A stretch of DNA of 64,000 bases from Eledone cirrhosa (lineage: Eukaryota): contig OZ024753.1 of assembly GCA_964016885.1 (NCBI GenBank), forward strand, positions 42,904,001 to 42,968,000. Direction: 5' to 3'. The notes beneath the pieces were generated by a model. It was not told the DNA's origin. It worked only from the letters and a program-made list of their open reading frames with translations, and searched no databases. Below, piece by piece: positions 41,030 through 53,674 of this stretch; position 1 is the stretch's first letter, and the number at the start of each line of letters is the position of its first letter. The translations under genes and the position numbers were made by a program.

Positions 41030-41366
41030 ATCATCATCATCATTTTACGTCCGCTTTTTCCCTGCTTGCAAGGGTGGGACGGGAACTGATGCTGGCTTGA
41101 TTTCTACAGCTGGATGCCCTTCCTAACACCAACCTCATTTACAGTGAGTGGTGGGTGCTTTTTTGCCGTGGCACCTCCACGACGACTTTGCAGTGGAATG
41201 ATAGGGACTGGGGTCCCTATCATCTCATTTCTACAGCTGAGTAAACTGGAGCAATGTGAAATAAAGTGTCTTGCTCAAGGAAACAACACATCACCCGGTC
41301 TGAGAATTGAACTCACAACCTTTCGATTGCAAGGCCAATGCTCTAACCACTAAGCCATGTGCCTCC
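41030..41366 (-). mobile_element. tRNA-derived SINE, family 1, full length with RTE-derived tail
   Basis: Nearly identical to the 38365, 43489 and 58195 copies; (GAT)n tail. Confidence 0.9.
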
Positions 41367-42103
41367 TATATATATATGAAATAAAACCTGCTCTCATTCT
41401 GAGACAAAATCCCTCATTTTAAAGAGTTAGCTTTTAAATTGAAATCTTCCAACATAATTTTATATAACAAACATATGTTAAGTTACTATCTTAGTAATAA
41501 TTAATTAATTAATTTAGTAAATATCACCAAATTCTTCATCAATTAATTGAAATAAAGTCTAGCATTAGAACTACAGTCACGAAAAGTGTAAAAACACTGT
41601 AAAATGTTTTAAAATAGTTCATGTTCAATCGAAATAATTTATTTCATGAGAAATACGGTCAGAAAAATAGTAAAAAAAGCTGTGAAAATAGGTCATGCAT
41701 TTTGTATTAGATTTATATATTTTGGAGATGATCTGAAATAGTTGTCAATGAATATAAAATACTTTGAGATCTGCTCGTTGTTAGATAAGTATGTTACAGT
41801 ATTGATTTAGGCTTTGCAGTAGTCCTACCATGGACATATATATCACAGATTTCACATAAACTTGACACATTGTGATTTGGAATAAAATCCGCATTAAATT
41901 TCTAAACACAATTAGCCTTCAACAACGTCGTAAAAAATTCTCTTCCATTGGTTTTGTCTTTTGTTTTAATCCTAAATTTAACGGAGTATGTTTCCTACTT
42001 GGATTGGTTTTATATACAAATAAAACATATCGTCAGGTGTTGGCAGATAGATTTATTTATAATCCTATTATATATATACACTGTGTGTATGTATGTGTGT
42101 GTG

Positions 42104-42136
<33 letters not shown>

Positions 42137-43488
42137 AAAGCCCAATTTAATAGGGGGGAGTCCCTCCAGCAATGGCTGTGGCAATTTATTTGTGCGCTCA
42201 GCTAGGGTTTTTAGTTTGAGGTTGGTTAAAATTTTGGTTAAATCCAGCCCTGTGTATGTATGTATGTATGTGTGTGTGTGTGTGTGGTGGATCTCCTTCA
42301 GTTTCAATGACGACTGTTCCAGTTGTTAAAAAAATGGACACATGATTTGCAGCACAGAGTTGCGTCTCTTTATATTCTGTGTTCAAATTCCACTGAGGTT
42401 AGCTTTGCCTTTCATCCTTACGGGATCGATAAAATAAAGTACCAGTAATGCGCTGGGGTTGATTCAATCGTCTTTCACCTACACTAAAATTGGTGGCCTT
42501 GTGCCTAAATCAGAACCATTATATATAACGCAGACAATTTGAGAAATCAAGTATATTGCATGGAAGGCCAATACTTTATTTATAATTTGAATAGTTGGCA
42601 TTCACATTCAGTTAACTTATAGCAATTTTTGTCCTCGATATTTCATTTCTAGATTCTAAACCTTGTGAATTTCCAAAATGCTTTAGTTATATTTTGCTTT
42701 TTTCTTGTGAGAAATAATCTGCTAAATTATATCGGGAAGAAATATATCAGCAAAATGCTGATATAAGCAATAAAATAGTTGCAGATTGTTGAAAATATCG
42801 CAACAAATGTATTCCTAATATAGAAAAATGTGTTAAAATTAGATAAATGTAAACTACATATATTATTATCAGGAGATTAACAATTTGCAAAAAGAAAGTT
42901 ATCAGAGAAAGACAAAAAAACAAAACAAAACAAAAGGCATGAAAAAAATGAGGAAAGAAGGCATACATACACACAAAACACTCGAGGGATTGCCGTAGGT
43001 GATAGCGTGGCTAAGGCATTGCAATAACCAAGCACTCGCACAAGTATCACCTGACAAGTGAGGATAACTAAACAATAAAATAATTTAAAAGGTAAAAAAT
43101 ATTGCAGTAAATGTTATTGGAAATACAAAACAAAATAAAAAGTGTGTTAAAATTAGATATGTGTAGTTGTGAGGAAATAGTGTTATGGATCCAACTTTTA
43201 TTTTATAAATTTTAGAATTAAGCTGATTCCTCTTGGCATCATATTCCCTCCTGTTGGCATCAGAAAATCATAAAATAAAGGATTTACACATGTTGATATA
43301 TTTTACAGATAATGGTTTTCTATTTACCAAATCCACTTATATATATATATATATCGATTATGTTATTTTTGTTTACCTTTTACATACATATATATATATA
43401 TATATGTACACATCTCTCTCTCTCTTTATATATATATATATATATATACATGCACACATCTCTCTCTTTCTCTCTCACTATCATCATT

Positions 43489-43828
43489 TCATCATCATCA
43501 TTTCATTTTACATCCACTTTTCCCTGCTTGCAAGGGTGGGACGGGAACTGATTCAGGCTTGATTTCTACAGCTGGATGCCCTTCCTAACACAAACCTCAT
43601 TTACAGTGAGTGCTGGGTGCTTTTTTGCCGTGGCACCTGCACAACCACTTTGCAGTGGAATGATATGGACCCCAGTCCCTATCATCTCCTTTCTACAGCT
43701 GAGTAAACTGGAGCAATGTGAAATAAAGTGTCTTGCTCAAGGAAACAACACATCACCCAGTCTGAGAATTGAACTCACAACCTTTCAATTGCAAGGCCAA
43801 TGCTCTAACCACTAAGCCATGTGCCTCC
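43489..43828 (-). mobile_element. tRNA-derived SINE, family 1, full length
   Basis: Nearly identical to the 41030 copy, with the same head, core and tail. Confidence 0.9.
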
Positions 43829-43857
43829 ATATATATATATATATTCATGCACACTTG

Positions 43858-43958
<101 letters not shown>

Positions 43959-45472
43959 ATATATATATGAGATTCTAATACATTGAAAATTTTTCTCTCA
44001 TGTCACCAAGATGATTACATGATAACTCTCTCTCTATATACACACACACACATATATTTGATTACTGTAGTTGAAATAAAAGCATAACGCCTGCTCTTTC
44101 TGTGCCTATATTTTAATCACTTTGAGGACCGCGCTGAACACAATCTCCAAACACTTGTCCTGTTGCGTTATGATAAGCAAATTTGAATCCAACTTTTACT
44201 AACATTAAACAAAATGTGTGATATCTGTTAAACTCCATTTAAAACTATTCCTGAGATATTTATGATTCACACACAAGCTGTCAATCCATTAATATTCTCT
44301 TTGGCCAATTTTTCTGCTGTTCAAACAATGCAACAGCCCACTGATGCAATTAACGTGAAAGCAACCAGCCCCTCCCTCCCTCCGTTTTAATTGTTTCTTT
44401 CTTCCCGTTTGTTTAATATATTCAATTGCGTATGAAGGTTTTGAATCTATCAAATTTTTACTTTCGTTTTACACCGTTTTACGTCCGTTCTTCCACGCTA
44501 GCATGGGTTAGACGGGTTGTCCTGTTGTGGGCAGTGTCTGGTCAGCTGACCATGCCTTGCTCATACAGGAACTGATTTGGCTTCATTTCTACAGCTGGAT
44601 GCCCTTCCTAACACCAACCTCATTTACAGTGAGTGCTGGTTATGGTGGCAAATTGGTAGAGTCATTAGAATGTTGGATAGAATGATTCTTGGAATTCGTT
44701 TTGGTTCTCTGCTCTCTTTCAAATCCTGCCGAGGTCAACTTTGCCTTTCATCCATTCAAGACCGATAAAAGAAGTACCAGTCTAATACTGGGGTCGATTC
44801 TTCTCCTATATCTTTTTCTCACTCTCTATCCTTCTGTGGAAGAAATCTGTTGTCTTCAGACATGAAGAGGAGATGGGACCCACCAGGTTTTAGAAATGCC
44901 TTATGTCAATGCTGCGCCCCTACAAATCCCTTGGGAGTTACAGGACCATATATACATATATACACCTAAACAATCATATATTCATAAAAAACTAAAATTC
45001 AGTTCCCAGCAGTACAAGATATTTGCTCCCTACAAAACTCCTCCTCTCTCTGTCTTATATGGGACTTCTGTTGTGTAAATTTAGAAATCTGTTTCTTTGT
45101 TTTTATGTGCAAAGCTGGAATTAAAAATAGTTGAATAAGTGGAGTAAATTCCAAGTGGAATCTGGCAGAAGGTGGAGAGACATTGTCAAGAATGTTCGAT
45201 TGTGGTTATGATGATGATGATGATGATGATGAGTCATTTAGCTTTGTGTGTATTTGTTTATTTTTGTTGTGTTGTTGGTTGTAGTTGGGTCAGAAAAAAC
45301 ATTTATATATATATTAATGTATTAAATGTGAAGTCTTGTGGCTTAGTGGGTAGGGTGCTTGACTTAGTGGGTAGGGTGCTTGACTTAGTGGGTAGGGTGC
45401 TTGACTTAGTGGGTAGGGTGCTTGTGGACAGAAGGCAGTTTTAATTTCAAAAATATATTTTCTATTTTTCAG

Positions 45473-45509
45473 GGTTATGAAAAACAGAAAGCGTATATAG
45501 CAGCTCAAG
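45473..45509 (+). CDS. PTP domain exon GYEKQKAYIAAQ(G)
   Basis: ttttctatttttcag acceptor and AAG|GTAAGT donor. 37 nt, phase 0 to 1. Contains the YIAxQG motif. Confidence 0.95.
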
Positions 45510-45995
45510 GTAAGTTTCTAAAGACATTTCTAAAACGAATATATTTTACTTTTTGAAATTTATTGGTTGGTTTAACTCCACAAATATTACATATTTTACA
45601 TTGTAGTTTTCTGCAGTCATTTAAAATATTTCTTCTCCATGTTAAGTTGCATTAATAGAGTTTTTAAAATCGTCTGCAATGGACCTTCATCAGTTTTGAT
45701 GACATGTGTTCCATTTCTTTGATCAATAAAAGAACTTGCTCATGAAGTTAACGTGCAAGTGGCTGTGTATTCTGCAAACATGTTCACCCATAATGTAATT
45801 CTTAGGTAAATTCATTGTGACACATTGTGAAGGTAAATTCATTGTGACACATTGTGCAGGCTGACCTTTGTAATTGCAGGTACAGTCAATCAAACTTGCT
45901 TCCATGTTGTTTCTATAGACCCAATTTCACTCACAAGGCATGAGTCAATTTGATGCTATGGTAACTAGTTCTTGCATGAAATGCCATACTAAAGT

Positions 45996-46272
45996 TTAAA
46001 ATCCCTCTCGAACGATGAAGCTTACCAAGTCGGGGCTTATTTCAGTTTCCATGGCATTAAGTGACTGAGAGTAGAAGACTCCTCCCTGGACAGGATACCA
46101 GTCCATCGCAGGGTTAAACTCCCAGCTATTGCTGGAACTCATTTTCAACTGAGTATACTGTAGCAACGTGAAATGGAAGGTTTTGCTTAAGAACACAACC
46201 CAGTCCAGGAATCAAACCCACGACATTATGATCGTAAGTCCAACACACTTACCACTAGGCCACATACCACCA
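45996..46272 (-). mobile_element. tRNA-derived SINE with a GCGATGGACTGG..CCTGTCCAGGG segment; related copy at about 4515-4700 on +
   Basis: A box TGGCCTAGTGG, B-box-like GGTTTGATTCC, and the shared core. Confidence 0.7.
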
Positions 46273-46792
46273 TGGAATATCACGCAGTCTGATCGAACCC
46301 TGGACCTAGACACACAATCATGCTGTACATTATAATGCATTGAACTGTTGATACAAATTGAAGCAAGTTATTCCGATAATTTCACCAGGTGTTATCTGTA
46401 AATTTGTCAGACTTATTTCAGATCTACCAAGGTATCAAAAGTGTGTCTTCTTTTTTTTTCCTCCAAGGTATATATTTCTAAATGTGAGTAATTAAACCAT
46501 ATTAATTTTCATAACTGCTGATTTTGCTTTTTCATTTTGATCTTTTAGAGTTAAAATGATTAAATATATAATGGCCTCTGTGACATTCCATTATCAAAGC
46601 AAATTTATTCACGACACGTTCTCTCTCTCTCTCATATACATATATATATGTTTCCCTTTTACATACATATATGCATATATACATATATATATACACTATA
46701 TATATTTTTTTTTTTTTACCTTTTATATATATATATATATACTATATATATATATACACTATATATATATGTATATTTTTTTTTTACCATTT

Positions 46793-46831
<39 letters not shown>

Positions 46832-47336
46832 CAGATGTATATATACATGTATGTGGCACACACACACATATATATATATGGATATATATATATATATTGT
46901 GTGTGTGTATATATATATATATATACACACACACATACAGATGTATGTATGCGTGTGTGCATCTGTGTGTGTGTGTTTTATATGTGTACATGTGTGTTTA
47001 AGAGACAAAAAATATTTCACTATTGCTGTCTACCTTGCCTCCATATTATATAAGCTAAATACTTACTACACTACTACACACTAAGTATTCTACATAGCTT
47101 TAAACTACAAGTTATACAGTACTTATGACAAAAAAGTTTCACAATTAATAGGTGATCACCAATTTAATTCCATCACCTCAAACGTTTATATTCAGAGCTA
47201 AAAATATTGAAAGGAGCAAAAAAAGCATTCTGCACTTAAAATAATAGATCTGAATAGTTCATTAATCTATAAACTGTGTGTACATCATGATACAGTAGAC
47301 ATACAAACGTACGTACGTACCTACAGACGTACATAT

Positions 47337-47373
<37 letters not shown>

Positions 47374-48338
47374 CTCTCCAAAATGTATACGCAATTTGAA
47401 TGTTTATTAATGCAACGTTTATTAAGATACGTCTCGGTTTTGTAATTGAAATGAAAGAAGACGAATGCGTACATAAATGCGTATACATGTGCGTTTGTGT
47501 CTGTGTGTGAGTGTGTCTGTATGTCTGCGTGTGGTTTTGTTGTTGTGTTTATATTTAAGTAATATGAATACCAATAAATGCGTATGATATCAAATTCTAA
47601 ACATGTTAACTGAAAATCCACCGTAATAACTGCAGCAATGTGAAATATAATGTCTTGCTCAAGGATACAACACATCACCCAGTCTGAGAATTGAACTCAC
47701 AACCTCACCATTTCAAGCCCAATGCTCTAACCACTAAGTCATACACCTTCATAACCTGGCTTCTGACTACAAGAAATCAAAATAGTTTTCTGCTATTGAC
47801 ATTGATATCACCATTCTTATTGTTTTAATAATTTGACAGTAATTTAATCCAAATGGATATATATTTAATTCTTAAGTAATGAGATATATGAGGGCTTATA
47901 TAAGTGGAACTGTCTAAATACTTGCGAGGGTTTCAGCTAGATAAAGAAGAAAATGTGACTTGAATTAGATATAGAAGAACTAATACAACCCTAATAGCTT
48001 CTATTCGATGTATAAAGTTATTAATATATATAACAGTTGGTAGTGTTAATGAAATTATTGCAATACATATGTTGATGTTAGTTATAATTCAAGTGTTGGT
48101 GAACAATTACAATAGATACCGTCTCGTGTAAGTGACAAATTGATTTTCACGTCATTGTGTGTACGCGTGTTTACACATCTATATATATATTAATTTTAAT
48201 ATATAAGGTATCATGAGCATCTCCTACACGCAACAACACATAAATAATGAAAACTTTCATGTGACAACCAGGCAATATGTAGGCAACTATTAAAACATGA
48301 TAATCACTGTAATGAACAACTACGCAACATGTAGGCTA

Positions 48339-48745
48339 CAACATGTGGGCAACTATTAAGACCTGCTCACCACTGTAAAGAACAACCAGGCAACATGTGG
48401 GCAACTATTAAGACCTGCTCACCACTGTAAAGAACAACCAGGCAACATGTGGGCAACTATTAAGACCTGCTAACCACTGTAAAGAACAACCAGGCAACAT
48501 GTGGGCAATTATTAAGACCTGCTAACCACTGTAAAGAACAACCAGGCAACATGTGGGCAATTATTAAGACCTGCTAACCACTGTAAAGAACAACCAGGCA
48601 ACATGTGGGCAATTATTAAGACCTGTTAACCACTGTAAAGAACAACCAGGCAACATGTGGGCAATTATTAAGACCTGCTAACAACTGTAAAGAACAACCA
48701 GGCAACATGTGGGCAATTATTAAGACCTGCTAACCATTATAATGA
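48339..48745. repeat. 52 bp minisatellite, about 8 copies
   Basis: Unit CAACATGTGGGCAA(C/T)TATTAAGACCTGCT(C/A)ACCACTGTAAAGAACAACCAGG. Confidence 0.95.
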
Positions 48746-48909
48746 ACAAACAAATGAGATGGTATGAACATATGACAAGATCTGTAAAGACCAACTCTTA
48801 GAAACTGTTCAGATGAAAAGATAAAGACATTAGAAGAAGCAATGGATGGAATTGATTGATAAAGATTTGTCAACAACCGAAGTTCTGGTTCACAATAGAA
48901 ATGAATGGA

Positions 48910-51900
48910 GGAAGGTGGTACACTACTCCACCCTACAGTGTCCCCATGACCCTAGGGGGAGATGGCACACTACTCCACCATGCAGTTCCCCCACGACCGT
49001 AGATGGAGGTAGTACACTACACCACCATGCAGTTCCCCCACGACCGTAGATGGAGGTAGTACACTACACCACCATGCAGTTCCCCCACGACCGTAGAGGG
49101 AGGTAGTACACTACTCCACCATGCAGTTCCCCCACGACCGTAGAGGGAGGTAGTACACTACTCCACCATGCAGTTCCCCCACGACCGTAGAGGGGGGTAG
49201 TACACTACTCCACCATGCAGTTCCCCCACGACCGTAGAGGGAGGTAGTACACTACTCCACCATGCAGTTCCCCCACGACCGTAGAGGGGGGTAGTACACT
49301 ACTCCACCATGCAGTTCCCCCACGACCGTAGAGGGAGGTAGTACACTACTCCACCATGCAGTTCCCCCACGACCGTAGAGGGGGGTAGTACACTACTCCA
49401 CCATGCAGTTCCCCCACGACCGTAGAGGGGGGTAGTACACTACTCCACCATGCAGTTCCCCCACGACCGTAGAGGGAGGTAGTACACTACTCCACCATGC
49501 AGTTCCCCCACGACCGTAGAGGGGGGTAGTACACTACTCCACCATGCAGTTCCCCCACGACCGTAGAGGGGGGTAGTACACTACTCCACCATGCAGTTCC
49601 CCCACGACCGTAGAGGGGGGTAGTACACTACTCCACCATGCAGTTCCCCCACGACCGTAGAGGGAGGTAGTACACTACTCCACCATGCAGTTCCCCCACG
49701 ACCGTAGAGGGGGGTAGTACACTACTCCACCATGCAGTTCCCCCACGACCGTAGAGGGGGGTAGTACACTACTCCACCATGCAGTTCCCCCACGACCGTA
49801 GAGGGAGGTAGTACACTACTCCACCATGCAGTTCCCCCACGACCGTAGAGGGAGGTAGTACACTACTCCACCATGCAGTTCCCCCACGACCGTAGAGGGA
49901 GGTAGTACACTACTCCACCATGCAGTTCCCCCACGACCGTAGTGGGAGGTAGTACACTACTCCACCATGCAGTTCCCCCACGACCGTAGAGGGGGGTAGT
50001 ACACTACTCCACCATGCAGTTCCCCCACGACCGTAGAGGGGGGTAGTACACTACTCCACCATGCAGTTCCCCCACGACCGTAGAGGGGGGTAGTACACTA
50101 CTCCACCATGCAGTTCCCCCACGACCGTAGAGGGAGGTAGTACACTACTCCACCATGCAGTTCCCCCACGACCGTAGTGGGAGGTAGTACACTACTCCAC
50201 CATGCAGTTCCCCCACGACCGTAGAGGGGGGTAGTACACTACTCCACCATGCAGTTCCCCCACGACCGTAGAGGGGGGTAGTACACTACTCCACCATGCA
50301 GTTCCCCCACGACCGTAGAGGGGGGTAGTACACTACTCCACCATGCAGTTCCCCCACGACCGTAGAGGGGGGTAGTACACTACTCCACCATGCAGTTCCC
50401 CCACGACCGTAGAGGGAGGTAGTACACTACTCCACCATGCAGTTCCCCCACGACCGTAGAGGGAGGTAGTACACTACTCCACCATGCAGTTCCCCCACGA
50501 CCATGAAGGGAGGTAGTACACTACTCCACCATGCAGTTCCCCCACGACCGTAGAGGGAGGTAGTACACTACACCACCATGCAGTTCCCCCACGACCGTAG
50601 ATGGAGGTAGTACACTACTCCACCATGCAGTTCCCCCACGACCGTAGAGGGGGGTAGTACACTACTCCACCATGCAGTTCCCCCACGACCGTAGAGGGAG
50701 GTAGTACACTACTCCACCATGCAGTTCCCCCACGACCGTAGTGGGGGGTAGTACACTACTCCACCATGCAGTTCCCCCACGACCGTAGAGGGAGGTAGTA
50801 CACTACTCCACCATGCAGTTCCCCCACGACCGTAGTGGGAGGTAGTACACTACTCCACCATGCAGTTCCCCCACGACAGTAGAGGGAGGTAGTACACTAC
50901 ACCACCATGCAGTTCCCCCACGACAGTAGAGGGAGGTAGTACACTACACCACCATGCAGTTCCCCCACGACCGTAGAGGGAGGTAGTACACTACTCCACC
51001 ATGCAGTTCCCCCACGACCGTAGAGGGGGGTAGTACACTACTCCACCATGCAGTTCCCCCACGACCGTGAAGGGAGGTAGTACACTACTCCACCATGCAG
51101 TTCCCCCACGACCGTGAAGGGAGGTAGTACACTACTCCACCATGCAGTTCCCCCACGACCGTGAAGGGAGGTAGTACACTACTCCACCATGCAGTTCCCC
51201 CACGACAGTAGAGGGAGGTAGTACACTACACCACCATGCAGTTCCCCCACGACAGTAGAGGGAGGTAGTACACTACACCACCATGCAGTTCCCCCACGAC
51301 AGTAGAGGGAGGTAGTACACTACACCACCATGCAGTTCCCCCACGACCGTAGAGGGAGGTAGTACACTACACCACCATGCAGTTCCCCCACGACCGTGAA
51401 GGGAGGTAGTACACTACTCCACCATGCAGTTCCCCCACGACCGTGAAGGGAGGTAGTACACTACTCCACCATGCAGTTCCCCCACGACAGTAGAGGGAGG
51501 TAGTACACTACACCACCATGCAGTTCCCCCACGACCGTAGAGGGAGGTAGTACACTACTCCACCATGCAGTTCCCCCACGACCGTGAAGGGAGGTAGTAC
51601 ACTACTCCACCATGCAGTTCCCCCACGACCGTGAAGGGAGGTAGTACACTACTCCACCATGCAGTTCCCCCACGACCGTGAAGGGAGGTAGTACACTACT
51701 CCACCATGCAGTTCCCCCACGACCGTGAAGGGAGGTAGTACACTACTCCACCATGCAGTTCCCCCACGACCGTGAAGGGAGGTAGTACACTACTCCACCA
51801 TGCAGTTCCCCCACGACCGTAGAGGGAGGTAGTACACTACTCCACCATGCAGTTCCCCCACGACCGTAGAGGGAGGTAGTACACTACTCCACCATGCAGT

Positions 51901-52530
51901 TCCCCCACGACCGTAGAGGGAGGTAGTACACTACTCCACCATGCAGTTCCCCCACGACCGTAGTGGGAGGTAGTACACTACACCACCATGCAGTTCCCCC
52001 ACGACCGTAGAGGGAGGTAGTACACTACTCCACCATGCAGTTCCCCCACGACCGTAGAGGGAGGTAGTACACTACTCCACCATGCAGTTCCCCCACGACC
52101 GTAGAGGGAGGTAGTACACTACTCCACCATGCAGTTCCCCCACGACCGTAGAGGGAGGTAGTACACTACTCCACCATGCAGTTCCCCCACGACCGTAGTG
52201 GGAGGTAGTACACTACACCACCATGCAGTTCCCCCACGACCGTAGTGGGAGGTAGCACACTACTCCACCATGCAGTTCCCCCACGACCGTAGATGGAGGT
52301 AGTACACTACTCCACCATGCAGTTCCCCCACGACCGTAGAGGGAGGTAGTACACTACTCCACCATGCAGTTCCCCCACGACCGTAGATGGAGGTAGTACA
52401 CTACTCCACCATGCAGTTCCCCCACGACCGTAGAGGGAGGTAGCACACTACTCCACCATGCAGTTCCCCCACGACCGTAGAGGGAGGTAGTACACTACTC
52501 CACCATGCAGTTCCCCCACGACCGTAGATG
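48910..52530. repeat. 47 bp minisatellite, roughly 76-77 copies
   Basis: Unit GTAGAGGGAGGTAGTACACTACTCCACCATGCAGTTCCCCCACGACC. Confidence 0.97.
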
Positions 52531-52559
52531 GCTACAGGAAAGTTGAAATGAAGAAGTAA

Positions 52560-53190
52560 TAATGGTTTCTGATTTAGGCACAAGGCCACCAATTTTGTAG
52601 GGAGGGGCAAGCCAGTTGAATCAACCCCAGTGCATTACTGGTACTTTATTTTATTGACCCCATAAGGATGAAAGGCAAAGCTAACCTTGGTGGTGGGATT
52701 TGAACTCAGAATATAAAGGGACGTAACTATATGCTGCAAAGCATGTCTGACACTCCAACAATTGCTGCCTATCCACCACCCTAAATGAAGACATAATAAT
52801 TGTGTCTACTTCTGGCACAAGGCCAGCAATTATCCCAGTGTATTACTGGTACTTTATTATATCGACCCTGTAAGGTTGAAAGGCAAAGTTAACCTCGGCG
52901 GGATTTGAACTAACACCGTAAAGGGCCGTGACTCTATGCTGAAAAGCATGGCGACCGACGCTCTGCCAATCCACCGCCCCCAAATGATGACATAATAATT
53001 GTTTCTACTTTAGACACAAGGCCAGCAATTATCCCAGTGTATTACTGGTACTTTATTTTATCGACCCCGTAAGGATGAAAGGCAAAGTCAACCTCGGCGG
53101 GATTTGAACTCAGATCGTAAAGGGACGTAACTATGCTGGAAAGCATGGCATCCGACCCTCTACCGATACTGCCAATCCACCACCCCAGCA
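52560..53190 (-). mobile_element. Three tandem copies of SINE family 2
   Basis: Same unit as 18325-18840. Confidence 0.8.
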
Positions 53191-53674
53191 TGCTGTCCGA
53201 CCCTCTACCAATACTGCCAATCCACCACCCTAGCATGGTGTCCGACCCTCTACCAATACTGCCAATCCACCACCCTAGCATGGCGTCCGACCCTCTACCG
53301 ATACTGCCAATCCACTCCCCTAACATGGTGTCCGACCCTCTACCGATACTGCCAATCCACCACCCTAGCATGGTGTCCGACCCTCTACCGATACTGCCAA
53401 TCCACCACCCTAGCATGGCGTCCGACCCTCTACCGATACTGCCAATCCACCACCCTAGCATGGCGTCCGACCCTCTACCGATACTGCCAATCCACCACCC
53501 TAGCATGGCGTCCGACCCTCTACCGATACTGCCAATCCACTCCCCTAACATGGTGTCCGACCCTCTACCGATACTGCCAATCCACCACCCTAGCATGGCG
53601 TCCGACCCTCTACCGATACTGCCAATCCACCACCCTAGCATGGCGTCCGACCCTCTACCGATACTGCCAATCCA
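53142..53674. repeat. 45 bp minisatellite, about 12 copies, derived from a SINE head
   Basis: Unit AGCATGGCGTCCGACCCTCTACCGATACTGCCAATCCACCACCCT. Confidence 0.95.

Larger units (their letters stand above)
48265..52550 (+). mobile_element. RTE LINE 3' remnant inflated by two internal minisatellites
   Basis: DLLTTVK..., MRWYEHMTR and NRNEWRKVVHYST fragments occur in RTE C-terminal order around the arrays. Confidence 0.65.

Noticed and set aside
45661-45697. Minus-strand CTGATGA-AG-GTC...GAC hammerhead-like start
   Set aside because: GAAA is replaced by GATT and there is no helix III; at best a dead remnant.
48910-52530. CRISPR-like appearance of the long arrays (also 2648-4514)
   Set aside because: No unique spacers, no cas genes, and the context is eukaryotic.
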